Source: Candidatus Aenigmatarchaeota archaeon (GTDB lineage Archaea; Aenigmatarchaeota; Aenigmatarchaeia; CG10238-14; SCSR01). From it: DNA of 64,000 nucleotides. The stretch is taken from contig JAVZHQ010000001.1 of NCBI GenBank assembly GCA_038998335.1, forward strand, positions 384,001-448,000. Direction: 5' to 3'. Shown here one piece after another: positions 30,824 to 39,667 of this stretch. Under the pieces are notes generated by a model. That model saw only the letters and a list, made by a program, of their open reading frames with translations. It did not search any database and had not been told where the DNA came from. Numbering within the stretch: the stretch's first letter is position 1; every line of letters begins with the position of its first letter. The position numbers and the translations under genes were made by a program.

Positions 30824-30976
30824 GCGTTGCTGTAAGGTTGAAATTGCATAGAGTAGCTGGGACTCGCTATTAGGCGCAGGCTTCGGCCGAGGCTGAGAGG
30901 AAAGTGTAACACCAGCCCTTTTCAACCTTACGGCTTACCCGTAAGGGGACAGCGTCAGATGGGCAGTTCGGCTGGG

Positions 30977-31060
30977 AGTTTAGGAGCTAGAATGAAGAGT
31001 CCCTTAAGTTATGAAAAAATGATTAAGGGCATACGGTCTGAACAGCTCCTAAACCAGCAA
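30977..31060 (+). ncRNA. 84-nt BHB intron in the 23S P-loop (2252/2253) containing a complete box C/D sRNA
   Basis: GCTG-GG|A-GTTTAGGAGCT...AGCTCCTAAAC-CAGC-AA|G; splicing restores GGCTGGGGCGG. Confidence 0.93.
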
Positions 31061-31115
31061 GCGGTACGCCCTTGGTAAGAGATCAAGGGCGCCCAAAGCT
31101 CAGCTCATCCGGGTC

Positions 31116-31212
31116 ATGTCAGAAGTTGAAGCTATGATTACACTGCTCCAGAATGATTTAAAGATGAGTATGGAGGTAGCTTATGAGCTTTCATCAACTT
31201 CTGACACCCGAA
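31116..31212 (+). ncRNA. 97-nt BHB intron in 23S (about 2306/2307) containing a complete box C/D sRNA
   Basis: CGGG-TC|A-TGTCAGAAGTTGA...TCAACTTCTGACA-CCCG-AA|A; splicing restores CGGGTCAGAAATCC. Confidence 0.92.
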
Positions 31213-31384
31213 AGAAATCCGGAGTAGAGTGTAAGCGCAAAAGCTGGGTTGATTGGATCCCGCAAAGCGAGGGATCCAAGGGCGAAAGCCTGGGCTAGCG
31301 ATACATCGGTTCGCCTTAATGGCGGCCGGTGGTATCAGAAAAGCTACCTCGGGGATAATGGGCCCGTGGCCGGTGAAAGCCCAC

Positions 31385-31427
31385 AGCTCAGGGGTTTTCA
31401 TCCCACTCGATAGCGACGAGCGGGTAA
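31385..31427 (+). ncRNA. 43-nt BHB intron in 23S (about 2477/2478)
   Basis: GCCC-AC|A-GCTC...GAGC-GGGT-AA|A; splicing restores AGCCCACATTGACCC. Confidence 0.88.
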
Positions 31428-31526
31428 ATTGACCCGGCGCGTTGGTGCGTCGCTGTCGGCTCCCCCCCTCCTGGCCGTGCAGTAGCGGCCAAGGGTACAG
31501 GTGCCCACTGGTTAAAGGGGGACGTT

Positions 31527-31560
<34 letters not shown>

Positions 31561-31958
31561 GCTATCTACCGGAGGTGCTGGCTGTCTGACCGGAAGGATG
31601 GGTGAGTACGAAAGGAACACCCATCCGTGGCCTCTGGTCTACCGGTTGTTCATCGCACAGCCGGGCAGCTAAGCCATAGCGGATAAGTCCTGAAGGCATC
31701 TAAGGACGAAACCGCCCGGGAAAATAGGCAGCCAATTGCTCTGCTATTCCGCAAGGAACGGTAGAGCAACGAGGGCTCTCCTAGACGAGGAGGTTGATAG
31801 GAAGGGGGTGTACGCGCCAAGCTTTCGAGCGAGGCGTTCAGCCCGCCTTTCCTAATCGCCCGAGGTTGCCAGGACTTGATAAGCAGCTTATCCTATGGTA
31901 GTTTCAAAAGTTTTTTTCTAAAATAAAAAAGTTAAACTTTTTTTTCTTAATTTAATTT

Positions 31959-32267
31959 GTGAAGATTGAAGTGTACATAAGAAATAGAGAAGTTGAAATT
32001 CCTTGTGTTTACTCAAATCAAAATCTTTACTTGGAAACTCTAAACCTTTCTATTGATTTACCTCCTGTTATAGTTTACAAAAAAGTAAGAGAAATTCCGG
32101 AAAAAGATAGAAAGGCCTTAGAAGTAGCTAGAAAACTCGCAGTCGATGGAGAGTTAAAGATTTATGATGTTTGTAGCTTAAGGGGGAAAATTTTAGCGAA
32201 AATAAAAAGGGTAAAAGATTTTCCTGCAGTTTTTGTTGATGGTAAAAGGGTAGAGTTAGAGGAGTGA
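31959..32267 (+). CDS. Hypothetical protein (thioredoxin-like C-terminus)
   Basis: IYDV...VKDFPAVFVDGK. Confidence 0.55.
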   Translation: MKIEVYIRNREVEIPCVYSNQNLYLETLNLSIDLPPVIVYKKVREIPEKDRKALEVARKLAVDGELKIYDVCSLRGKILAKIKRVKDFPAVFVDGKRVELEE

Positions 32268-32271
32268 TTCG

Positions 32272-32637
32272 TTGAGAGAAGTTTTGTTAAAGTTTGGTGG
32301 AAAAAGAATTAAAACAAAAATTAGAAAAAATTTTTTGGAAAAGACTATCGGGTTAATGTTTAAGAAAAAATTAAAGAAAAACGAAGGTATGCTATTTGTT
32401 TTTGAAAAAGAATGCTTTCCTAGTTTTTGGACTTTTGGAATGCTTTTTCCAATAGATATAATTTGGTTTGATAAAGAAATGAAAGTTGTAGATTTGAGTG
32501 AGAATCTTAAGCCTTTTAGGTTTTGGAAATTTTATACACCAAAAAAGGCTTCAAAGTTTGTTTTAGAGGTTAATTCTGGCTTTATTAAAGAAAATAGAAT
32601 TAAAGTTGGAGATAAGTTTGTTTTAGAGCAAAAGTAA
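32272..32637 (+). CDS. DUF192 protein
   Basis: GLMF, GMLFVF, FPIDIIW, VLEVNSG. Confidence 0.88.
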   Translation: MREVLLKFGGKRIKTKIRKNFLEKTIGLMFKKKLKKNEGMLFVFEKECFPSFWTFGMLFPIDIIWFDKEMKVVDLSENLKPFRFWKFYTPKKASKFVLEVNSGFIKENRIKVGDKFVLEQK

Positions 32638-32991
32638 GGATTTGATCTCTTTAATCGCTTTCTCCATTTTCACTATTACCATTCCTAAATTCACATCTTT
32701 GTAAAGAAGGGAAGAAAAAACTAATTCGCTACCTATACTGAAACAAACATAATTACCATCACTTGATTTTACTATCGTATACTCTAACTCGCCTATTCCC
32801 AATTCTTTTGTCGTAAATTGTGAACTTTTGATTATAGCAGCAGAAAGAGCAGCAACCATTTTAGAGTTAATTTCCATAGGTAAAGTGGAAGCAACAAGCA
32901 AACCATCATACTTAGCTATAACAGAACCTTTTACTCCATCTATTTCTTTTAATTTCTTTAAAATTTTTTCGAGCTCGGCTTTTAGCTCCAT
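32623..32991 (-). CDS. Roadblock/LC7 (MglB-like) protein
   Basis: GSVIAKYDGLLVAS...AALSAA...ELGIGEL. Confidence 0.88.
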   Translation of the reverse strand: MELKAELEKILKKLKEIDGVKGSVIAKYDGLLVASTLPMEINSKMVAALSAAIIKSSQFTTKELGIGELEYTIVKSSDGNYVCFSIGSELVFSSLLYKDVNLGMVIVKMEKAIKEIKSLLLL

Positions 32992-33314
32992 CAGCCTTCC
33001 CTCGTTATTCTTTCTAAGGTTTTAAGGAAGTAAATAAAACCAAAAAGATAAATAACTGTAGCGATCCAGGAAATCCAAGGCTCTGTTATAAACAAAAACT
33101 GAATTAAATCTAGGCAAAGAAAAATTAAAAGAGAGTATAAAATGACTTTAAAAGCTTTTGGAGATTGTGAATGGGTAAACAGCATAAGCAAAGCAAAGTT
33201 TAAGTTTTTCTTGAAATTTTTAAGAAGGTTAAAAGAGTAATAAACAGAAACTACTAACTCTACAACTACAATGAAAGTAAAAATGAATAGAGGAATAACC
33301 ATAAAGCTAAGCAT
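32991..33314 (-). CDS. Small membrane protein (paralog of 38972-39298)
   Basis: Hydrophobic helices; GFIYFLKTLERIT. Confidence 0.7.
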   Translation of the reverse strand: MLSFMVIPLFIFTFIVVVELVVSVYYSFNLLKNFKKNLNFALLMLFTHSQSPKAFKVILYSLLIFLCLDLIQFLFITEPWISWIATVIYLFGFIYFLKTLERITREG

Positions 33315-33711
33315 ACTTTTTAAACCTCCTTAGCCATCTAAAAACTATAAAAGCCATTGTTATAGCATAAAGCGTTGCCGAAATCATAACAGTTGTTCCA
33401 CATATTAAAGAAATTAATAGAAGAAAAGGTTCTGTTGTTGTAAACTCGTAAAAATGACTTGGAAATGCAAATATACTACCTACAAAGAAGATGAGAGTTG
33501 AGTAAAACAACAATTTAATCTCGTAAAAAGTTTTTTGAGGTTCAAGAAGAAAAGAAACCATAGAAACTTCTTCTTTTTTTGTCAAGTATCTTAAAAGTCT
33601 TAAAGTTATAATGATGGCAAAGATTGAGAGACAAAGCCATATTATTCCAAAGAAAGCATTAACCATATTTTCAAACTCATCAGAAAGTAGAAAGGAAATC
33701 ATATCTTCCAT
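33307..33711 (-). CDS. Small membrane protein (paralog of 38497-38979)
   Basis: Hydrophobic helices; KEEVSMVSFLL, RWLRRFKKY. Confidence 0.7.
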   Translation of the reverse strand: MEDMISFLLSDEFENMVNAFFGIIWLCLSIFAIIITLRLLRYLTKKEEVSMVSFLLEPQKTFYEIKLLFYSTLIFFVGSIFAFPSHFYEFTTTEPFLLLISLICGTTVMISATLYAITMAFIVFRWLRRFKKYA

Positions 33712-33770
33712 AAGTAAAATTTCTCTTTTTAAAAATATCTTTATCGCTTAAGAAATAGAAAATAAAATTG

Positions 33771-35201
33771 ATGGTAAAGCTAACTTTTTTTGGTGGAATA
33801 AACGAAATAGGAGGAAACAAAATTTTTTTGGAAGATAAGGATACTAAGCTATTTTTTGATTTTGGTTTTAGCTTTTCTTCTGCAAGAAAATATTTTGCAG
33901 AATTTTTAAGACCAAGAGTTTGCTCTGGTTTAGAAGATTACTTTGAGTTTGACTTATTACCAAGAGTGAAAGGAATTTATAGAGATGATTTGCTCACTCA
34001 ATCGGGAAGAGAAATTACTGAAAAGCTAGAAATTCAAGGAGTTTTTATTTCTCACGCTCATGCAGACCATTCTTGGGATATCGCTTTTTTACATAAGGAT
34101 ATGCCGATTTATTGTGGTGAAACTTGTAAGCTTTTTCTTCAAGCTATACAAGAAACTGGAAAGGGAAGTTTTGAAACAGATTTCTTCACTTACAGGCAAT
34201 GCTTTGTTTCAAGGGGAGAAAAACCAGAATTTGAAAGAAATTTTAGAACTTTCAGAACTGCAGATAAAATTAAAATTGACTCGGTAGAAATTTTACCAGT
34301 ACATGTAGACCATTCTATTCCAGGGGCTTATGGCTTTATAATTTTTTGCTCTGACTCAACTTTAGTTTATACAGGCGATTTAAGAATGCACGGCCCAAAA
34401 AAACAAATGACACTAGATTTTGTTGAAAAAGCAAGAGAAGCTAAACCTGATTTGCTCATAATTGAAGGGACTAGGATGGATAAGAGTAAAAGCTTAAGTG
34501 AAAAAGAAGTTAAGGAAAGAGTTAGCAAATTTATTTCTAAAACAAAAAAGCTTGTAGTAGCAAACTTTTCATGGAAAGATATAGACAGGCTAAATTCATT
34601 CTTTCAAGCTTGTAAAGAAAATGGAAGAAAGCTTGCGATAAACACAAGAATTGCTTACTTGCTCGAAGTATTAAAACAGGATAAAAGACTAGAAATACCA
34701 GATATAAAAGATGAAGATTTGTTAATTTACTTTCATAGAGCTAAATGGGGCCTAATAGATAAAAACGTTAGCGTAGAGGAAAAGAAAAAAGATTACTTAA
34801 AATGGGAAAAAGATTACTTGGATTATTCAAACGTTGTTTGCTATAAGGATGCGAGGGAAAGAGAGGAAAAAATTGTTTTGTTTTTGGATTACTTTGATTT
34901 AAAGGAATTGATAGACTTAAAACCAAGTTTGGGAAGCACTTACATATATTCAACTTCTGAACCTCATGACGAGGAACAAGAAATAGATTTTGAAAGAATG
35001 TTGAATTGGGTTAGGCATTTTAAGCTTGATTTTAAGCAAGCTCACGCTTCTGGACATGCTTCAAGAGAGGAAATAGTAAAAATAGCAAGAAGTATTAATG
35101 CTAAAAAAATAGTTCCCATTCACACACAAAACGCAAAAGAATTCAGAAAATTCTTTAAAAATGTTTTAATAGTGAAGAAAGGGAAAGAAATACTTATTTG
35201 A
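33771..35201 (+). CDS. Metallo-beta-lactamase/beta-CASP RNase J-like protein (paralog 2)
   Basis: GGINEIGGN, HAHADH, VDHS, YTGDLRMHG, HASGH, PIH. Confidence 0.87.
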   Translation: MVKLTFFGGINEIGGNKIFLEDKDTKLFFDFGFSFSSARKYFAEFLRPRVCSGLEDYFEFDLLPRVKGIYRDDLLTQSGREITEKLEIQGVFISHAHADHSWDIAFLHKDMPIYCGETCKLFLQAIQETGKGSFETDFFTYRQCFVSRGEKPEFERNFRTFRTADKIKIDSVEILPVHVDHSIPGAYGFIIFCSDSTLVYTGDLRMHGPKKQMTLDFVEKAREAKPDLLIIEGTRMDKSKSLSEKEVKERVSKFISKTKKLVVANFSWKDIDRLNSFFQACKENGRKLAINTRIAYLLEVLKQDKRLEIPDIKDEDLLIYFHRAKWGLIDKNVSVEEKKKDYLKWEKDYLDYSNVVCYKDAREREEKIVLFLDYFDLKELIDLKPSLGSTYIYSTSEPHDEEQEIDFERMLNWVRHFKLDFKQAHASGHASREEIVKIARSINAKKIVPIHTQNAKEFRKFFKNVLIVKKGKEILI

Positions 35202-35272
35202 TTTAGCTTTTCCAATTTTTAAAGCCTATTTTTCTAAGTATAATTTAAAAATATTCGAGATTAATTTCAATC

Positions 35273-35893
35273 ATGCTCAAACTAATAATTTTTGATGGTG
35301 AAGGAGTTTTGTACACAGGAAAAAAGGCAATCAAAATTTTTGAAAGGGAATACAATAAGTTTTTGAAAAATTTTGGAGTAAAGTTTGAAAATCAACATAA
35401 AATTTGGATAAAGCTTTATCCTAAAATTTCCTCTGGAAAAGTTTCATTGAGAGAAGCTAACAAGATTGTCTACAAGAAACTTGGAATTCCGACTTCAAAA
35501 GTTGATGAATGGCTGAGAAAAGATAAAAAAATAAACTTAAAGTTTATCAAACTTTACAAAAATAGAAAAGAATTTCTAGAAAAAATTAAGTCAAAAGGAA
35601 TAAAAGTTGCAATTCTTTCAGATAGTGTTCATCCTCTAAAATGGAGGTTAGAGCTTTTCAAAAAGTTTGGTCTGAAAAAAGGAAAACATTATGATAAACT
35701 TTTTCTCTCTCGCTTAATTGGTTATGAAAAACCTCATCCAAAAGCTTACTTAAAAGTTTTAGAGTATTTTAAAGTTAAACCAGAGGAAGCAATCTTTGTT
35801 GGACATGATGAAGAAGAAATGAAAGGTGCAGAAAGAGTTGGGATAAAAGCAGTTTGTTGGGAAGAATTAAAGAAAATCTCAAAAAATATTTAA
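35273..35893 (+). CDS. HAD-superfamily hydrolase
   Basis: FDGEGVL, KPHP, FVGHD. Confidence 0.8.
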   Translation: MLKLIIFDGEGVLYTGKKAIKIFEREYNKFLKNFGVKFENQHKIWIKLYPKISSGKVSLREANKIVYKKLGIPTSKVDEWLRKDKKINLKFIKLYKNRKEFLEKIKSKGIKVAILSDSVHPLKWRLELFKKFGLKKGKHYDKLFLSRLIGYEKPHPKAYLKVLEYFKVKPEEAIFVGHDEEEMKGAERVGIKAVCWEELKKISKNI

Positions 35894-35910
35894 AAAACAG
35901 AATTAAAATT

Positions 35911-36234
35911 ATGAGAAAAATAGTTTTAATAGTTCCATTGATTATTGTAGTTGTTGGAATAGTAGGATACTATTACTACTTAAGTCTAAAGGAAACAGAA
36001 GCTGCAAAAGAAGCTTGTATTCAAGCTTGTATGGAAGCTAAAGCCCAAGAAATGAATTTAAACGATGGACCTTGCCTTTCTAACAAAATAATAGAGAATT
36101 GGGTTTGTGATGTAGCTCATAGCCCAAGAGAGCCTGTAGACGATATAAAAGAAAACCAATGCCCAGAATATGGAAAAACAGCCTTTCATTTTGTTGAAGT
36201 GGACCCCAACTGCAATTTCATAAGAGCAGTTTAA
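35911..36234 (+). CDS. Membrane-anchored Cys-rich protein
   Basis: N-terminal TM helix, six Cys, GPCLSN...WVCDVAH. Confidence 0.7.
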   Translation: MRKIVLIVPLIIVVVGIVGYYYYLSLKETEAAKEACIQACMEAKAQEMNLNDGPCLSNKIIENWVCDVAHSPREPVDDIKENQCPEYGKTAFHFVEVDPNCNFIRAV

Positions 36235-36236
36235 TT

Positions 36237-36782
36237 TTAAGAGGAACTTTTACCTGAAAGCTCTAAACTTTTTCTTACATAAATTTCTAGTTTTTCGTAT
36301 ACACTTTTTAAAGCATCTAAATCGTCTTCGCAATGCTCTATTATTTCTTTTTTTGCCTTCTCATTTCTCTTTAAAAACTGGAAATAAAGCTCTTGAACGT
36401 TTTTTCCTGTTATACTTAAGTTTTTCTTTATTCCAAAAAATCTAGAAACTTCATCTAACTTATAACTTGCAAGAGCTAAGTTTTCTTTTGCAAACTTACA
36501 CAAATCTAAAATTTTTGTTTCAAACAAGATTGATGCATCGATATTATACTTAATGGCTCTAGTTAAAAGAAAAGGGATATCAAACCCAGAATGCCAAATG
36601 AGTAAGGTTTCGTTCTTATTTTTTCTTATAATTTCTAAAGCCCTTTGTATGGTTTCTTTTTCCTTTTCTGGCTCTTCAGTAAAAATTATTTCTTTTTTTC
36701 CGTTTGGTAGAATAAAGCCAATTGCAATTATAATTCCTATATCTGCGTGAAGCGAGGAAGTTTCCAAGTCTAAAAACATCAT
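36237..36782 (-). CDS. RNase H-like DEDD exonuclease domain protein (YprB-like)
   Basis: FLDLETS, GFDIPFL, HCEDD. Confidence 0.8.
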   Translation of the reverse strand: MMFLDLETSSLHADIGIIIAIGFILPNGKKEIIFTEEPEKEKETIQRALEIIRKNKNETLLIWHSGFDIPFLLTRAIKYNIDASILFETKILDLCKFAKENLALASYKLDEVSRFFGIKKNLSITGKNVQELYFQFLKRNEKAKKEIIEHCEDDLDALKSVYEKLEIYVRKSLELSGKSSS

Positions 36783-36824
36783 ACTTTTTCATAAAAACTT
36801 AAACAACTTAAAGGTTTCTCTACC

Positions 36825-37181
36825 TTATTTCCGGTGAAAGTATAACAACTCTTTTGATAAAGAAGAAGAATAATCTACTTCAAAAAAGGCTTTCCTTCCT
36901 ACTCTTCTCTTTTTAAGATAACCCATAACCATAAGCTGATTCAAGTAAGCTGATTCTACTGCCCTTGCTCTTTTTGTTTGTTCAGCAACCTGAGAAGCGG
37001 TTGCCTTTTCAAGTTTATAAACAGCAATAAAAGTTTTAACCAAATGTTCTGGTAATTGAGAAGTCAATTTTATGTAGGGTAAATTTTCTAGTATTTCTAT
37101 TTTTTTACTTAAATCATTGACTAAGCTCTCTAAAGAATTAAGCCTTTCTTCCAATTTCTTTAGTTTTTCTTTTAAACTCAC
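36825..37181 (-). CDS. Coiled-coil plus wHTH transcriptional regulator
   Basis: ATASQVAEQTKRARAVESAYLNQL...RVGRKAFF. Confidence 0.75.
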   Translation of the reverse strand: MSLKEKLKKLEERLNSLESLVNDLSKKIEILENLPYIKLTSQLPEHLVKTFIAVYKLEKATASQVAEQTKRARAVESAYLNQLMVMGYLKKRRVGRKAFFEVDYSSSLSKELLYFHRK

Positions 37182-37250
37182 AAAATGAAATTAATCTCTA
37201 AGGAATAAATTCTTTTAAAGTTAAAATAGTTGGCGTGAGAATTTAATTAA

Positions 37251-37343
37251 ATGAAGTATTGTAACAAATGCAATAAAACTTATTCGGACAAAATAAAAGT
37301 TTGTCCAGAGTGTGGGAAAAAGCTAGTAAAAGTTAGTTATTAG
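37251..37343 (+). CDS. 30-aa CPxCG zinc-ribbon microprotein (absent from ORF track)
   Basis: MKYCNKCNKTYSDKIKVCPECGKKLVKVSY*. Confidence 0.7.
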   Translation: MKYCNKCNKTYSDKIKVCPECGKKLVKVSY

Positions 37344-37733
37344 TTACTTTATTTCCTTCAAAGTCTTTATTCCAAGAACTTCAAAGTACTCTGTTTCTTC
37401 TCCAGCTTTAATTTTCTCCTTAACTTCTTCAGGAATATCGAGCTCAAAAACAGAAAAATCTGTCAAATCCATAAGTTGAGCTTTTTCCCCAATTATAGCT
37501 AAAACTTGAGCTTTTTTTCTTTCAACTATCGGAACTTCTACAACTTCGTCTGCAGGTTTAACTATACTATGTCTTCTACCATCAAACAAACCTATAGCTT
37601 CAACTCTTGCTTTAGCAGCACCATGCTTTCCTGATTTGCTTACATCTACTCTTTCAACTCTGCAAGGCTCATTATCTATTAAAACAAAACCGTTTGGTTT
37701 TAAATCTTTTATAACAGCTGTTGTCTTGCTCAA
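37344..37733 (-). CDS. eif5a: Translation factor aIF5A
   Basis: SKSGKHGAAK hypusination loop. Confidence 0.96.
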   Translation of the reverse strand: MSKTTAVIKDLKPNGFVLIDNEPCRVERVDVSKSGKHGAAKARVEAIGLFDGRRHSIVKPADEVVEVPIVERKKAQVLAIIGEKAQLMDLTDFSVFELDIPEEVKEKIKAGEETEYFEVLGIKTLKEIK

Positions 37734-37737
37734 AATC

Positions 37738-37962
37738 TCACTTCCTTGTCACAAGGAGAATATCTTCTCTTTTAACAGTTACTCTTTTTGCATGATGTGC
37801 TACAGTTACCGCATCTATGGCAATTTTGTCTGCAACCTCTAAAAGATAATTCTTTAGCTCTTTCACAGCTTCCAAGGAAACTCTATCTGCTCCAACTTCC
37901 TTTCCTGCTTTTTTTGCTATCTTTTCTATTGCAAGCAACGGAAAATCTTTAACCATATTCAT
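37738..37962 (-). CDS. Archaeal histone
   Basis: PLLAIEKIAK...RVS...AHHAKRVTVKREDI histone fold. Confidence 0.9.
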   Translation of the reverse strand: MNMVKDFPLLAIEKIAKKAGKEVGADRVSLEAVKELKNYLLEVADKIAIDAVTVAHHAKRVTVKREDILLVTRK

Positions 37963-38024
37963 TACCCTTTTTTAATTACCTTAAAATATATATTTTCTTT
38001 GGATTTTTAATTAATTAAGGTTTT

Positions 38025-38495
38025 ATGAGAGTTGTAATAGACACTTCTGGGTTAATTTATCTGAATTATTTCAGAACCTTTGAAGAAATTTTTACTGTTC
38101 CTGAAGTTATAGAAGAAGTAAAAGATAGGCTAACTAGCCTTAAAGTTTCTGGTTTAAACCTTAAGGTAGAAAACCCATCAAGAGAAAGTATAAAAGAAGT
38201 AAAAAAGATTGCTAAAGAAACCGGAGATTTAGAAAAATTATCAAAAACTGACCTTAAACTTCTCGCTTTAGCCAAAGAAAAAGAGCTTGTAATAGTTTCT
38301 GACGATAGAAATGTTCAGAACGTTGCTGAGAAAATCGGAATTAAGTATATTTCAATATTCAGCAAAAAGATTACCAAGTTAATAACATGGAAAAAATATT
38401 GTAAAAACTGTAAAAAATTTTTCCAAGGTAAAGTTTGCCCAATATGCGGAATGAAGCTAATAAAAATACCAAAGAAAACCAAATATATATATTAG
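38025..38495 (+). CDS. nob1: Nob1-like PIN endonuclease
   Basis: VIDTS, TGD..LSKTD, SDD..VQNVA, C-terminal Zn ribbon. Confidence 0.9.
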   Translation: MRVVIDTSGLIYLNYFRTFEEIFTVPEVIEEVKDRLTSLKVSGLNLKVENPSRESIKEVKKIAKETGDLEKLSKTDLKLLALAKEKELVIVSDDRNVQNVAEKIGIKYISIFSKKITKLITWKKYCKNCKKFFQGKVCPICGMKLIKIPKKTKYIY

Positions 38496-38496
38496 G

Positions 38497-38979
38497 ATGA
38501 AAGAAAGTACAAAGATGTTTTTAAAAATTTTTATAATTTCTTTAATCATTTTTCTGCCATTTGAATATTTCTACTATTATATTCAGGACAATTATGGAAT
38601 GGAGAAAAGTTATTATTTTTCTATCATTTCCCAAAACTTAACATTTTCCTTTTTTGGTTGTATAGGTTTCTTCGTATCTCTAAACTTATACAGGATTTTA
38701 AAGACAAAAGAAGAAATATCCATGGTTACTTTTCTCTTAAAGTCTAGCGAAATGACAGAAGAGTGTAAAGTTTTATTTTATATTTCTGTGATATGTGTGA
38801 TTTGTTGGTCGGTTTATACCTTATGCCTTCCTATAACACTTGGCATTATTCCACCTTTAGTAAGTAAAAGAATTAGTGAAATGATTGGTGACGGCTTCCT
38901 TTTTTCTTCCATTCTTTTTTCCTTAGCTGCAATTTTTATGTTTAATAGATGGCTTAAAAGAGTGAAGAAATATGTATGA
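38497..38979 (+). CDS. Membrane protein (paralog of 33307-33711)
   Basis: KEEISMVTFLL, RWLKRVKKY. Confidence 0.7.
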   Translation: MKESTKMFLKIFIISLIIFLPFEYFYYYIQDNYGMEKSYYFSIISQNLTFSFFGCIGFFVSLNLYRILKTKEEISMVTFLLKSSEMTEECKVLFYISVICVICWSVYTLCLPITLGIIPPLVSKRISEMIGDGFLFSSILFSLAAIFMFNRWLKRVKKYV

Positions 38980-39298
38980 GATAATCTTAATTGTTGTTCC
39001 CATACCGGTAGTAATTCTTTTTTCATTTCTCTCGTTTTACCTGAACAAATTCTTAAAAAACGTGAAGAAAAATGAAAAGCTTACCTGGACTTTAATCTTT
39101 GTTCATCCCTCTGCTTCTAAAGCACTTAAAGTATTAGTTATAACTTTATTATTTTTCAGCATAGTTTGGATTGTAAGAACCATCATAAATCTTTTTTTAA
39201 TTCTTCCTATACCGCTAGGTCCTATCGGTACCTATGTTCTTCTTTTAGGGTTTGTTTATTTCTTTAAAACCTTAGCTAAAATAACAGAGGGAAAATGA
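38972..39298 (+). CDS. Membrane protein (paralog of 32991-33314)
   Basis: GFVYFFKTLAKIT. Confidence 0.7.
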   Translation: MYEIILIVVPIPVVILFSFLSFYLNKFLKNVKKNEKLTWTLIFVHPSASKALKVLVITLLFFSIVWIVRTIINLFLILPIPLGPIGTYVLLLGFVYFFKTLAKITEGK

Positions 39299-39299
39299 A

Positions 39300-39647
39300 A
39301 TGGAAAAAGAAAGAGTTGAAGAAATAGTTGCGAAAATAAAGAAAAGAAAGAAAAATTTGAAATTTATTCTAGCAGGAACTGATGGCTTTTTACTTGCTTC
39401 AGGTTTTCCTTTGGAAATTAATAGCAGAATGTTAGCAGCACTTGCTGCTGCTGTATTCAAAAGTTCGGTTATAAATTCAAGGGAACTTAAAATTGGTAGC
39501 TTTTCTTATGCTTTAATCAAAGCTTCTGATGGTTTTTTCGTTTGTTTTGAAGTTTCTCCAAGTATAATTCTTGGTTGCATTCTTAGTAAAATGGGTTTGA
39601 ATAAGGCTTTAAGTGAAAGTACAAAACTTAGAAAAATATTTATTTAA
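39300..39647 (+). CDS. Roadblock/LC7 protein
   Basis: DGFLLAS...EINSRMLAALAAA...ELKIG. Confidence 0.82.
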   Translation: MEKERVEEIVAKIKKRKKNLKFILAGTDGFLLASGFPLEINSRMLAALAAAVFKSSVINSRELKIGSFSYALIKASDGFFVCFEVSPSIILGCILSKMGLNKALSESTKLRKIFI

Positions 39648-39667
39648 AGAAAAATGAAAAATAATTA

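Noticed and set aside
31877-31958. 5S rRNA downstream of 23S
   Set aside because: Processing stem is followed by a T-tract and a CDS; no 5S-like sequence seen in the window
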